Shown here one piece after another: positions 63,801 through 64,000 of a stretch of 64,000 nucleotides of DNA. How positions within the stretch are numbered: the stretch's first letter is position 1; every line of letters begins with the position of its first letter. Under the pieces are notes generated by a model. It saw nothing but the letters and a program-made list of their open reading frames with translations, did no database searches and had not been told where the DNA came from. Source of the stretch: Pristiophorus japonicus (taxonomy: Eukaryota); assembly GCF_044704955.1 (NCBI RefSeq), contig NC_091980.1, positions 129,890,001-129,954,000 of the forward strand, in the 5' to 3' direction. Made by a program: the position numbers and the translations under genes.

Positions 63801-64000
63801 GGTGTTTGGCCAGTAAATTATTGTTGCACCATTTCAGTGCAGTGAAGAAAAAGTTCTGGATTAGCTTCCTATTTAGTGTATCAGCCCTGTGAAGAGCAGT
63901 TTGTATTCAGTAGTTGCTACAGATCCTGTTCAGTTATCTAGGTAGTTCAGTAACTGGACTCACCACTGCTGCTATCGGCTTTGTGTTAAGCTTTGTAGGC

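Overview
Vertebrate genomic DNA. By inference it is from a cartilaginous fish, based on SacSINE1/Deu-type SINEs, dense CR1 LINEs with (tttctatg)n tails and ferritins starting M-x-x-QVCQNY. The window holds a tandem + strand array of four 4-exon ferritin genes (heavy-B/middle-subunit-like, 176-aa plan) plus an orphan last exon. Copy 1 (2251-6449) has a premature stop. Copy 2 (34062-37413) is open but has a ferroxidase-site Glu->Val and a 4-aa insertion. Copy 3 (49668-53969) is intact. Copy 4 (57382-63250) has exon 1 split by a ~3.4 kb composite insertion, a dead splice donor and a premature stop. None of the inferred 5'UTRs contains a canonical iron-responsive element. Promoters and 3' ends occur in all four combinations of two types, pointing to recombination or conversion. 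Most of the remaining sequence is nested mobile DNA: several CR1 subfamilies (two near full length), a jockey-like/CR1-group LINE, RTE and Tx1-like LINE fragments, a complete two-LTR Gypsy element, PIF/Harbinger MITEs, SINEs and putative solo LTRs. I see no evidence of a wholly new gene system. The best leads are the IRE-less birth-and-death ferritin array with a possible ferroxidase-dead subunit, a putative intron and TATA-monomer array in the CR1 5'UTR, and ORF1/ORF2 module swapping among CR1s. All comparisons were made by eye.
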